Assembly (NCBI GenBank): GCA_021432655.1 | Contig: MU271308.1 | Coordinates: 50,179-98,190 of the forward strand | DNA from: Atractiella rhizophila | Taxonomy: Eukaryota | Length of the DNA: 48,012 nt | Direction: 5' to 3' | Shown here: in pieces, positions 25,241-40,295 of the stretch | How positions within the stretch are numbered: position 1 is the stretch's first letter | Layout: each line of letters begins with the position of its first letter | Translations under genes and position numbers: made by a program | The notes under the pieces: model-generated | Databases searched by the model: none | Seen by the model: only the letters and a program-made list of their open reading frames with translations | What the model was told of the DNA's origin: nothing

Positions 25241-26745
25241 ATGGCAGATCCATCGATTTTTGAGCTTGCGTTCCAAGGTGAGCTTTGTCTGAGCCTTTGG
25301 GTGCAGCAAATTTGACGGATTCCTGTGGGAATAGACAAGCTGGGCTCACTTCTTGCCTCTGCATCGAAATACGTCTTTACAGTCTGCATTGCTTCTCCTT
25401 CACCGTCTAATCTCTCTTACACTCTACTCGAAGGTGCTCGCAAGCCAGAACCCCCGTTTTTTCATTAAAATCGTCAATAACCACGATGAATTCTTCACCA
25501 TTGTCATGCTGTTTATTGAGCGCTACTATCTCACCCGTTGGGGTGAGCTCTTCTCCCTGCGTACTCATATCGTTGCTAATCCCTGCGAAAGGCGCGACAT
25601 TCTCTCAAACATTCTATTCCCTCAAATTGAGGCCAATACCGCCGAAGCACCTTCCACCAACAGCACCAGACCTCCCGTTGACGCGGTCCCAAATAAACAA
25701 GACCCTATTTTGGATTGTGCGCCCTCCCTCCCTCTCTAAATATTCTGAGTTGATCTAATTTCTTGTGCAAAGCTCGCCATTCCATATGTGCGCTCAAAGC
25801 TGGCTGAGGCATACGATCGCTTCTCCCCGTCAGGAATGACGAGCGATGGTGCTGGAGAAGACCTCTTTGCAGATGAAGGGGAACATGCAACATCAAATGA
25901 GCTACCAGATGGGCAGGAAGACCTTGCAGATGATGACCCTATGCTTCACCCCGACGTGTTGGCTGCGCGACGAGCGGCGAGGGCCAGACAAGCGAGAGAA
26001 CAGGTACCAAAAACAGTTCTTTGGCTTACATGGTCCTGTACTGATATATGGTTGTGAAGGCCCAACCATTCTATCGACTCAAGAAAGCAGTATACCCGTA
26101 TTACCCCGTCTTCCACTTATCCTATGAGCTCCTTCTGCTCGTCTACAACATTCGATATCTCTATGGCGCATCCCGCGTCTGGCGCCCCTGGATGTCAAAC
26201 TCTCTGCCGTTTAACGTTGGCGCCGGAGTGCAAATTCGACGGATGACAGGAAACGACATGAACTCTCAATCAAGTCGTTTGCAGGAAATGCTTTCCCAAC
26301 CCCTCTCTCAGCAGTCAGGACACGGTCTCCCTCCCACATACTCCCAGATTCTCGGTCGTTATCTCAGGCTCTCTCCTTCTCTTGCGCTTGAATCGCTCCG
26401 GTATCTTCTACCCGTCACAATCTTCCTCCTCAAATTTCTTGAATGGTGGTACAATTCTCCAGTTTTGCGAAATCGAGCTCTTCTATCTTCGGACAAAGAA
26501 AAGAAGGCGATCCCTCTTCAACCGCCTGCAAGGTTAGAACCGAAAGAGGAGAACAAAGAGGCGAAGGACAGGTGCAAAAGGGACTTTGCCCTGTCCATGG
26601 AGGAGAGGTCGTCAATCCAACAGCACTACCCACTGGTTGGGTGTTGTGCTACAAGTGTGCCATGGATTACGTCGGAAAGGAGGGTGAATGCCCGGTGACC
26701 GGGATGAAGTGTACCACAGGAGAGTTAAGGAAAATAGTTGGTTAA
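25241..26745 (+). pseudogene. PEX12: Peroxin Pex12, copy 2; full length but with a 1-nt deletion before the RING finger
   Basis: GGACAG-GTGCAA at 26571, versus GGACAGAGTGCAA in copy 1. The RING (CPVH...CYKC...CPVTG) lies in a different frame, ending at 26745. Confidence 0.8.
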
Positions 26746-26958
26746 TAATGCTGCATTTATTCTGGATCAATTCCACTAATTATTCCTTGTTTCCACATCA
26801 TCCACCGTGCAGTTCACGCGTTACTAATACATGGCAAAACGAGCGTGCCTAATTTGACCACAAAAATCGCAAAATGAGATGAAAGAGAGAGTATGAAGAT
26901 TAACAGTCGCAGGGACACGTGTATTGTGCCTTTCCCGGAAGCCAAACAAGGATTAGAT

Positions 26959-28501
26959 TCATTCATTCCAACCTCCAGCGCGGTCCCCATCCAACCTGTC
27001 CAAATTCAGCAGAAACTCTCTCAAACCCCTTTGATAGCTCTCCTGTCCCTCCATCCATTCGCTCCTCGGCGTCTGAACACCACTCGTCAAACGACTCATC
27101 AGCCCGTCTGAGTCGGAGGAGAATTCAAGGGAATCGAGTTCGCTTTCGTGCTCCGGCAACAACAGAGGAGTTGAATGTTGGGTAGGAGTCAACTCCGGAG
27201 AGGAGAAGGACAAGTCAGGTTCAGGGAAACGGAAAGTAGAAGAGGTGAGGTCGTGCTCTTCCTGCGTGATGGAAGCGTACCCATCAAAAGCGAGGAGGTC
27301 GATGGTGCTATCGGTGCCAGAGAAGTCCAGTTCTGACGAGGAGCGAGAAGGATTTGAGGATTCGCAGCCAACCCAACAGGAAGATGCTTCCAATGGCTCT
27401 TCAAACACAGATCTCAGAGAGCTTTGCGATGTGGAAGGTGCAGGTTGCTCCGTTGTGAGATTAAACCACCTCTCTTCACCTTCCCACATCCCCAGCTTCC
27501 TCTCCACATCCGCTTTACTCAATCCCACATACTGTCCATCTCTGTTCTTCCTTTTCTTCCATCCCATCCTCATACTCTTGCCTCCCTCTGCTTCGAAATC
27601 CCATTCCACAAAGTCCGCCTGATCCCATAGGCCTGCAGAACGGAGCTTGCTCTCCAGATTGTAGAGGCGGAGGGAGTGGATGGAGTAGACAGAATGGAGA
27701 GCGACGAGAGAAGAGGGAGAGGGAAGGAGCACAGAGTGGATGGCGGAGGTTGTAGCGCCACTTCCAAGAGTGAAAGACGGTTCGAGAGGGACAGTGAGAG
27801 TGGTGATTTCCACAACCTCCATCTCTTCCTTCGATTCCTCGACAACAGCGGGAGCGAAGTATTTTTCCATTTGCTTCGGCGGGAGTCCAGCTGCTCTCCT
27901 CTCCTCCTCTTTCACGATACTAATCAACGTTCTCCTTCTCCTGTTCCCACTTTTACCAGTTCCTTTCATGTCTCCAGCTTCATCAGCTGCAGCTCGAAGC
28001 CACATGGGTGCATTTTGCACGACGTTATCGAGAGCACGTCTACCCGCACCAGAGCTGAAGTTCCTCGCCGTTCCCAATCCAACTTGATGAGAGGAAAACC
28101 GGCCATATCCTCCTGTTCGAACAGCGGAGTAACGAAGTGAGACCTGGCTAGAGGTATGTAATGGCGCAACAGGTTGGACAAACGACCTCGACAGGGGCGT
28201 TGCTGCTTGTCTGACAGCAGTAGTAGGTGCGGCGTTGAGGAAGGAGGTGACGGCGTTACGAAGTTGTTGAAAGATGTTGTTTCGCGGTGCGGCAGGTTTA
28301 TTCAGCGCTTGTCGCAGGGTTGAGCGCGCAGATGAATGGAATGATGACGGCTGATTCGCAGGCAGTATTTGCCCAGTATCGACCACTCGCGAGCGACCCA
28401 GACGCAGGCCCTATGCATTATCTATATCAGACTATTCACACAAGCGACTCGATGAAAGAGCTCACCTCCCCAAGCAGGGACGACCCTCCAGGTGGTCGCA
28501 T
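26959..28501 (-). CDS. Hypothetical protein with a QVGLGTARNFSS motif
   Basis: 475-aa ORF. An upstream exon MRPPGGSSLLGE (ATG 28501, GTGAGC donor) splices in frame to GLRLGRSRVVDTG. Confidence 0.65.
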
Positions 28502-28688
28502 GTTAATCTCCTTATTTTTCGCATTGGTTTTTGCAGTGGTTTCTTTAAGGAAATCAGTGAGACGGCGTCCTCTTTTATACGCATACGCAGAGTGTTTGCC
28601 ACTCAATTACGTAGATGCCTTGCCGAACCCCTTGGGGCAAGTCCTTGTTTCCCATTAACTGGAGGACGAATTCAGGCGGCAGGGAAAG

Positions 28689-30176
28689 ATGTCTGTGCTG
28701 TTTGAGACGAGTCTAGGAGACATAGTGGTACGTTATTCCTTGTTTTATTACAAACTGGGAGTGAAGTGTCTTGTACTTGACACTGCAGGTGGATTTGGAG
28801 GTCACTCTCTGTCCAACGCTTTCTCTCAATTTCCTCAAACTCTGCAAAACGTACTATTACAATTTCTGCGTCTTCTTTAACGTGCAAAAGTCATTCATCG
28901 CACAAACAGGCGACACGACAGGCACGGGAAACAGCTCTCAATCCATCTTCTCCCTCCTCCCTCCCTCTTCGAAACACTACCAACCCTTCCCTCACTTCCC
29001 ACCTGAACTCCACCCAACGAAACTCAAACATGACAACGTAGGGACGCTGTCCATGGCTGTGGCACAAGGAGGGGTAGGCAGCCAGTTCTTCTTCACCCTT
29101 GCGTCGGCAGCGGACGCGTCGAGTGGCGGAGGAGAGGGAATGGAGTATCTTGACGGTAGACATGCTCCTTTTGGACGAGTGGTAGAGGGATTGGACACTC
29201 TGGCAGCAATCAACGACGCGCTCTTGGATCAGGAGGGACGACCATTGCGGGACATCCGAATACGCCATGTCATCGTCTTGGACGACCCATTCCCCGATCC
29301 CGAAGGATTGGTAGTACCTGAGAACTCTCCAGTCCCTACCCCAGCGATCTTAAAAAGCTTACGAGTCGGAGAAGAAGAAGACCTGGATGCCCAGAATCCT
29401 GAAGAATTAGCGAAAGAGAACGCTGCTCGGGATGCGCGAGCTCAGGCTCTCACGCTTGAGATGGTCGGTGACCTGCCTTTCGCGGACGTCAAGCCTCCTG
29501 AGAATGTACTCTTCGTTTGCAAACTCAATCCAGCGACGAGGAGCGATGACCTAGAACTCATTTTCTCGAGATTTGGCAAGATTACAAGTTGCGAAGTTAT
29601 CAAGGATGTTAAGACAGGCGATTCGCTACAGTACGCCTTCATCGAATTTGAGGAGCAGGAGTCGGCAGAGAAGGCGTATGAAAAGATGGACAATGTTCTC
29701 ATTGACGACAGGCGAATTCACATTGATTTCTCCCAGGTTAGCTCTCCACTTTCTATTCGTTTTAAAATCCCTGATGATTGGTGCTAATTCGTTGCAATGC
29801 ATTACAGAGCGTGTCCAAACTCCACAACTCCTGGGTGTTCAACCGCACCGGAGGTCGCCCACCACCATCCAAACGCCCTCATCGTGATGTCTCTCCCCCT
29901 CGCCGTCGAGACGACGGGTACGACATGGTGTTCGATGTTGGGGATTCATATGGAAGAGAAAAGAAAGGAAGGAAGAACGATGCTGGTCGCGATTCGGATC
30001 GACGCCGTAGAAGGAGTAGGAGCAGAAGTCCGCCACGGAAACGTGAAGACAGACAGCGTAACCGTGATCCCGAACGTGATGGAAGGAGAGACCGTGGCGG
30101 CGAAAGGGATGGATATCGGGATAGGGATAGGGATAGGGGCGAAAGGGGAGGCAGGGAAAAGGATAGGAGACGATAG
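28689..30176 (+). CDS. PPIL4: Peptidyl-prolyl cis-trans isomerase-like 4 (cyclophilin + RRM + RS/RD tail; Rct1/Cyp6-like)
   Basis: [97 protein letters not shown]. Last intron 29737-29807. Confidence 0.95.
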
Positions 30177-30744
30177 TCGCGGTCTGAGATGTCTAGTGAC
30201 GTGGTGGGTCGGTTTCTACCCTGTTTATACCTACAGCAACTGGTTCTATTTAGCTCTACGAGATAATGAGCCGTATCAGTTGCCAATACAAAGGTGGCAT
30301 TGTACATGCATTTAAAGGCAACTCCAAGTGTGATGCTTGTGACAGCAATCATTCTGAGGATTCTGGAGACTTGAAGCTGAATGTGGTATCCGGACGCCTG
30401 ACGTTTGGCGTGGGAGACGTTTCCTTAAACCAATTTTGCCCGAGTCCGATCAGTCTCTCCACCATTGCAACATCCGCACCCGTTGCTGGGTGATCACATT
30501 CCTGCAAGAGGAGCTGATCACTTCCGCCAGTCCACCGTGCTCACGAAACCATGTCAAAATTGATTTATATGCATGGCCCTTCACATGCCTCCTCGACCAA
30601 TAGATCTGCAACTTTTGGGTGTAGCACGACTTCCATCCTTAATTTCGAAAGATCCCTTCCTCCCCTGCTCTTTCAAAACTAAGAGTTGCTCCCTGGAGGT
30701 AGTCAATTCGTCCCCTCCTTGCTCTAGGTTGACCATTCATCAAC

Positions 30745-32528
30745 ATGTCTGCGCAACAACTGCCACAACCTCTCCCAACCGCGGCCACTCGCGATACTGT
30801 GCAGATTTACCTTCTTCTTCACGCTTGACAAGGTTAATGTATAAAGCAGGTTGGAGGCTTCCTCATTGGCGTCATCGTTTCCATAATTATTTGTGAGCAC
30901 TTGAATCATCCCGCGCCACGATTACTTAATGACAATCCGACCATAGGCGGTTCAGACTTCCATCAGACGAGCGTATATTTCAGACGCTATCCAGAAGATA
31001 CATGGAAGGTGAAAGGAGTTGTCGGCGCAGTTGCGTTTCTGCTGGTACTACACGTTATCTTTGTAACCCGTACGAGAACCCCTTTCCTCCTTTTCCTCCG
31101 GTTTCACGACTAACGTTACCTTCTGACAGATAACGCATACATCTGTACGCTCTCACTTCTCCCTTCAAAACCAACTACCCTCAAACCTTCTATTCCCGAA
31201 TCAGGGCTCGTAACGAACTTTGGGAACCTGAAAGCCTTCAACATCGTAAGATTTCCACAGACATTCTATTGCACCTTTCTCGTTGTAATGTGGGAAATAG
31301 GTCCCATTCTCTTACGGTTGCAATTTTGCCATTTTAGGTACGATCTTCGAAGCTCGTACAGTCCGCGGCTGAATAGCTTCGCCAGGCTTGATTGCTGCCT
31401 TCGTGCAGTCTTGGTACGCAAGGTGAGGAAGGCATTATAATGCGACAACGTAGTTGACACTATTCCTTAGCCGTATTTATGCTATAGGTGGCCGAAAGAA
31501 GGTAGGTGTAACATGCAGTATTTCTCCGTTTTAAACTCGTTCGTCAGGTATTCCCAATCGTCATCGCTTTTCTTGCAGTCTATCAGTGCGGATGGTCGTT
31601 CGTAGGATTTATTAAGGGAGGACTCATCGTCAAGGAGCAATCTCGGTTTGTATTTTCTTAAACGACAACGCTGAAGCTGAAACTGTTATTTCCACCTGAA
31701 GATTTCACGAGTTCAGATATGGAGCCATAAATTGGCTTCTTGCGGCGGCCCTTAACGACCTTCTGATCGCAGTGGGCATGACTTTTCACCTCCTGAGAAC
31801 CAGAAAGGGATTCACAGGTATGTTTACATGTTGCAGAATTGAGCTTCTTCCTGACCAAGGCATTTCAAAGGCACTACGAGCATAATTTATGAAATTATTA
31901 GGCTTACGATTGAGAACAACGCGCTTACGGCAGTAATCGCTCTCATCGACTTAATTCTGTAAGTACTTTTTCCCTAGAAGCACGATATCTTATCCGGAAT
32001 CAGATTCCTCACGATTCAGAACGGTTGGTGCGGCTGTTCCGTTTGTAAGGATGTTCTACTTTAACTCCACAAAACAGGAACATAGCTCTTAACTTGGTCC
32101 TCCCTCCGTTATACGCCAACTCCCTTTTGACACTTCTCCATGCTCGCGACCGATTTAGAGAGACAGCAAGCGGGTCAAGGAATACCAGCAGGTCTCGAAA
32201 CACTGGGATGGAAATGGAAAATAAATTGCCTCCCACGCCGGGCAGCATAACAGTAAAGTCCTCCTCCCTTACATTGAGCGATCGAACTAAATGGTCCACC
32301 TAGACGACGATGCCATCCAGATCGCCGTCTTCACAACAAAACCAGATGCAATATCACCTCAATACCTCACAGCGCTCAGTAGACTTCAGCCAGGGTCCAA
32401 CGCGAGTGTATGCTGAGGTGTGTCGCCAGGCTTCGAAGGAAATTCGCTAACCCACCATTCAGGCAAAGCAAGGTGGTTACCCAACGTATCACCAAGAGAA
32501 GTCTTATGTCGTTGATTTTCAGAGTTGA
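30745..32528 (+). CDS. DUF6534-like multi-pass membrane protein, copy 1
   Basis: Manual splicing gives MSAQQLP..|VGGFLIG..QTSVYFRRYPEDTWKVK..|GLIAAFVQSWYAR..WLLAAALNDLLIAVGMTFHL..KGFT..IIRLTIENNALTA..LYANSLLTLLHAR, a pattern typical of this basidiomycete family. Family assignment is from recall. Confidence 0.7.
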
Positions 32529-33017
32529 GTTGAACTGTTTTTGTCGATTCATAGACCTATTGTTATACATTTCCTAGTTGGTACCTAAATACGTTTCTTG
32601 TTGTCACAGTCTTGTCACTTTACGACAGGCTGTTATGTGTATAATTGCCTTGATATTCCCTGGTCTGAAAAACACCTTCACGAGGTGGACCATATAGGAC
32701 GATTGTACTGCCGTCTGCACTCTTTCAAGTTGCACAACTCCAGCAAGTTCCCTGACAATCAGTCGTCTGTGTCGCATCCTGTCGGCGCTCAGATAAGGAT
32801 TTCTTCACAAGGACTAAACGGAACAATGATGGAGTGTACTCCCTTTCCTTGTGCGTTTCGACATGAGTCATTTTTGCCGCCCAACCACCACAAGCGTTGA
32901 CTATCCATCTCGCCATTACAGAGCCTGGAATTCGTGGACAGGTACATTCCTAACCTTCTGGCCATTCCTGTAAACATTACTTTGCTCTTCTTGCTTTTCT
33001 GACCCTCCATCTCCACC

Positions 33018-33689
33018 ATGTCCCATGCAGGCTCCAAGAAGCGTTCCATCTCTCCCGAGTCCTACAACCGCTCTTCCTCTTCTAGATACGACGAAAGGAA
33101 ACGCGATAATCCTTAGCTTCGCGATCCTGGAGCATCTGATAGTCCGAGAGCGAAAGATTATGGCAGTCCAAGCGATAGGTTAAAATACGAATGGGATGAC
33201 AGAGACAGGAGGAAGGAGCGTCCGTCAACATCGAAATCGAGGCGAGGAAGCGAAAGGAACGAACGCGAACGCGAGCGGGATAGGGATAGAGAAAAGGATA
33301 AGCGAACATATTCGTCTCATACGAGTAGTCGCAGGGACAGTCCCAGAGAACGGTCACGGGAGAGATATAGGGACAGGGACAGAGAGAAGAGAAGGGAACG
33401 CGAGAGATCGCCTGATAGGCGGAGAGACAGGGATAGAGCTAGGGATAGCGAGAGGAACCGGAATGGAAGACAAAAGACGGACCGGGAAGAGGGAGAGTTG
33501 AAGTTTAGATACCCTGCACACTTTGCAAGTTTTCTTCCTCATTGTTGAAGTATCGTCCACTCCCTCTCTCGAAACATCAAAAACCTCCCAACCACACCCA
33601 TCTAACGAGAAGAACACTCACTTAAATGATTTAGCCTACCCCTTTCTGTTGCTCGGACCATGTCTTGCCACGAATCTGTGAGATCCCTT
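33018..33689 (+). pseudogene. Degenerate 5' fragment of the PRP4 kinase gene
   Basis: Same start MSHAGSKKRS. TGG>TAG at 33114-33116, a 21-nt deletion, an inverted intron 5' part, and truncation at the junction. Confidence 0.85.
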
Positions 33690-33755
33690 AGTTCTCCCTT
33701 TCTATTCATTTAAAATCCCGGACGGTTGGTGCTAATTCGTTGCAATGTATTACAG

Positions 33756-34130
33756 AGCGTGTCCAAACTCTACAACTCCTGGGTGTTCCAACCGCACCGG
33801 AGGTCGACCACCACCATCCAAACGTCTTCATCGTGATGTCTCTCCCCCTCGCCGTCGAGACGACGGGTATGACATGGTGTTCGATGTTGGGGATTCATAT
33901 GGAAGAGAAAAGAAAGGAAGGAAGAACGATGGTGGTCGCGATTCGGATCGGCGCCGTAGAAGGAGCAGGAGCAGAAGTCCGCCACCGAAACCTGAAACAG
34001 ACCGACATCGTGACCGTGATCGTGAACGTGATGTAAGGAGGCACCGTGGCGGCGAAAGACAGGGATATCGGGAGGATAGGGATAGGGATAGGGGCGAAAG
34101 GGGAGGCCGGGAAAGAATAGGAGACGATAG
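33756..34130 (+). pseudogene. Orphan, frameshifted last exon of PPIL4
   Basis: +1 C at ~33789 (GTGTTCCAACC versus GTGTTCAACC) gives a stop at 33834-33836. A further 1-nt deletion lies near the 3' end. Confidence 0.8.
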
Positions 34131-34660
34131 TCGCGGTCTGAGATGTCTAGTGACGTGGTGGGTCGGTTTCTACCCTGTTTATACCTACAGCAACTGGTTC
34201 TATTCAGCTCTACGAGATAATGAGCCGTATCACTTGCCAATACAAAGAGGTACACGCACTTAAAGGCAACCCCAAGCGTGACCCTTGTGACAGTAATCAT
34301 TCTGAGGATTCTGGAGACTTGAAGCTGAATGTGGTATCCGGACGCCTGACGTTTGGCGTGGGAGACGTTTCCTTAAACCAAATGTGCCCGAGTTCAATCA
34401 GTCTCTCCACCATTGCAACATCTGCACCCGTTGCTGGGTAATCACAGTCCTGGAAGAGGAGGAAACCATGTCAAAATTGGTTTATATGCATGGCCCTTCA
34501 CTTGCCTCCTTGACCAATAGATCTGCATCTTTTGGGTGTAGCACGACTTCCATCCTTAATTTCGAAAGATCCCTTCCTTCCCTGCTCTTTCAAAACTAAG
34601 AGTTGCCCCTGGAGGTAGTCAATTCGTCCACTCTTTGCTCTAGGTTGACCACTCATCAAT

Positions 34661-36465
34661 ATGTCTGCGCAACAACTGCCACAACCTCTCTCACCCGCGG
34701 CCACTCGCGATACTGTGCAGATTTACCTTCTTCTTCACGCTTGACAAGTTAATATATAAAGCAGGTTGGAGGCTTCCTCATTGGCGTCATCGTGTCCATA
34801 ATTATTTGTGAGCACTTGAATTATCCCGCGCCACGATTGCTTAATAACAATCCGACCATAGGTGGTTCAGACTTCCATCAGACGAGCTTATATTTCAGAC
34901 GCTATCCAGAAGATACATGGAAGGTGAAAGGAGTTGTCAGCGCAGTTGCGTTCCTGCTGGTACAACACGTTATCTTTGTAACCCGTACGAGAATCCCGTT
35001 CCTCCTTTTCTCCCTGTTTCCGCGACTAACGCCGTCGTCCGACAGATAACGCATACATCTGTACGCTCTCACTTCTCCATCCCAACCCTAACTACCCTCA
35101 TATCTTTTATTCTGGAATCAGGGCTTATACCGAACTTTGGGAACCTGAAAGCCTTCAACATCGTAAGGTTTCCATGAACATTCGATTGCACCCTTCAAAT
35201 CTGCGAAATAGGTCCCATTCTCTTACGCTTGCAATTTTGCCATTTTAGGTACGATACGATCTTCGAAGCTCGTACAGTCTATGGCTGAATAGCTTCGCCA
35301 GGCTTGATTGCTGCCTTCGTGCAGTCTTGGTACGCAAGGTGAGGAAGACATCACAAATGGGACAAGGTAATTGATACTATTCCTTAGCCGTATTTATGTC
35401 ATCGGTGGCCGAAAGAAGGCAGGTGTCACGTTGCCGTAATTTCTCTGTTTTAAACTCGTTCGCCAGGTATTCCCAATCGTCATCGCTTTTCTTGCAGTCT
35501 ATCAGTGTGGATGGTCGTTCGTGGGATTTATTCATGGAGGACTCATCGTCAAGGATCAATCTCGGTTTGTATTTCTTAAATGACAACACTGAAGCTGAAG
35601 CTTTATTTACATACACCTGAAGATTCTACGAGTTCAAATATGGAGCCATAAATTGGTTTCTTACTGCGGCCGTTAACGACCTTCTGATCGCAGCGGGCAT
35701 GACTTTTCACCTCCTGAGAACCAGAAAGGGATTCACAGGTATGTTTTACATGTTGCAAATGGGAGTTTTGGTAAAGGCATGTTAAAGGCACTACGAGCGT
35801 AATTTATGAAATTATTAGGCTTACGATTGAGAACAACGCGCTTACGTCAGTCATTGCTCTCATCGGCTTAATTCTGTCAGTATTTCTTTCCCTAAAGCAC
35901 GATATCTTATCTAGAATCAGATTCCTCACAGTTCAGAACGGTTGGTAAGGCTGTTCCAGTTGCAAGGCGTTCTGGTTTAACTCCACAAATAGGAACATAG
36001 CTGTTGACTTGGTCCTCCCTCCGTTATACGCCAATTCCCTTTTAACACTTCTCCATGCTCGTGAACGATTTAGAGAGACAGCAAGCGGATCAAGGCATAC
36101 CAGCAGGTCTCGAAATGCTGGAATGGAAATGGAAAATAAATTGCCTCCCTCGCATGGTAGCAGGACAGTAAAGTCTTCCTTCCTTACATTGAACAACTGA
36201 ACTAAGTGGTCCACTAGACGACGATGCCATCCAAATCGCCGTCTTCACAACAAAACCAGATGCAATATCACCTTGATACCTCACAGCGCTCAGTAGACTT
36301 CAGCCAGGCAGTGTACGGTCAGGAGGGTCCCACGCGGGTGTATGCTGAGGTGTGTCGCCAGGCTTCGAAGGAAATCAGCTAACCACCATTTAGGCAAAGC
36401 AAGGTGGTTACCCAACGTATCACCAAGAGAAGTCTTACGTCGTCGAATTTCCAGAGTTGAGTTGA
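34661..36465 (+). CDS. DUF6534-like multi-pass membrane protein, copy 2
   Basis: Same exon layout as 30745-32528. Indels I checked fall in introns or are in frame (18 nt at ~36309), except one just before the stop. Confidence 0.65.
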
Positions 36466-36943
36466 GTTGTTTTCGTCGATTCATAGACCTATCGTTATAC
36501 ATTTCCTAGTTGATGCTTAAATGCGTTCCTTGTTATCACAGTCTTGTCACTCTACTGCAGGGCTGTCCTTTGTATAATGGCCCTGATATTCCCTGGTCTG
36601 AAAAACCTCTCACAAGGTGGAACGCATGGGACGATTGTTCTTCCGTCTACTCTAGCAACTTCACTGAAATATCAGTCCGACGGTCGTCTGTACCAGCATT
36701 CTATTGAGCCCCCAGATAAGGATTTCTTCAAAGACTAAACCAAACAATTTATGGAGTAGTCTCTTTCCTTGTGCGTTTCAAAGTGAGTCATTTTTGCCAC
36801 CAAACCACCACAACCACAAGCGTTGACTATCCATCTCGCCATTACTGAGCCTGGAATTCGTGGACAGGTACATTCCTAGCCTTTTGGCCATTCCTGTAAA
36901 CATTACTTTGCTCTTCTTGCTTTTCTGACCCTCCATCTCCACC

Positions 36944-39981
<3,038 letters not shown>

Positions 39982-40295
39982 ACGAACCATCGATTTATTC
40001 TCAGACATTGTACACTATAGATGTTATCTAGTATTGAGATGCACAAGCAAATCCAAACCTAAAGGTTCGAGCAACTGCAACTCGACATCTCAAATGCTGG
40101 TAAGATCAACGCACAACTGCCCAGTAATCGTCTGCCACTTCTTTGGTTGTGAAAGATGCAGATTTACATTCCAAGTATGATTTTGAATGTGAGCGATGGT
40201 GGGTAGATAAAGGTAATATTGCTCGGATGCAATAAGGTAATCAAAGCGAGAAGCGCGAAATACGAAGGTACAAAAGTATCTCGATGGTGTTAAGA

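Larger units (their letters stand above)
20441..26654 (+). repeat. Tandem duplication C: 20441-23547 and 23549-26654
   Basis: GH5 5' end, intergenic DNA and PEX12 are all repeated. Junction ...TGTGCTACAA-a-GGGGAAGCGTCG. Confidence 0.97.
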
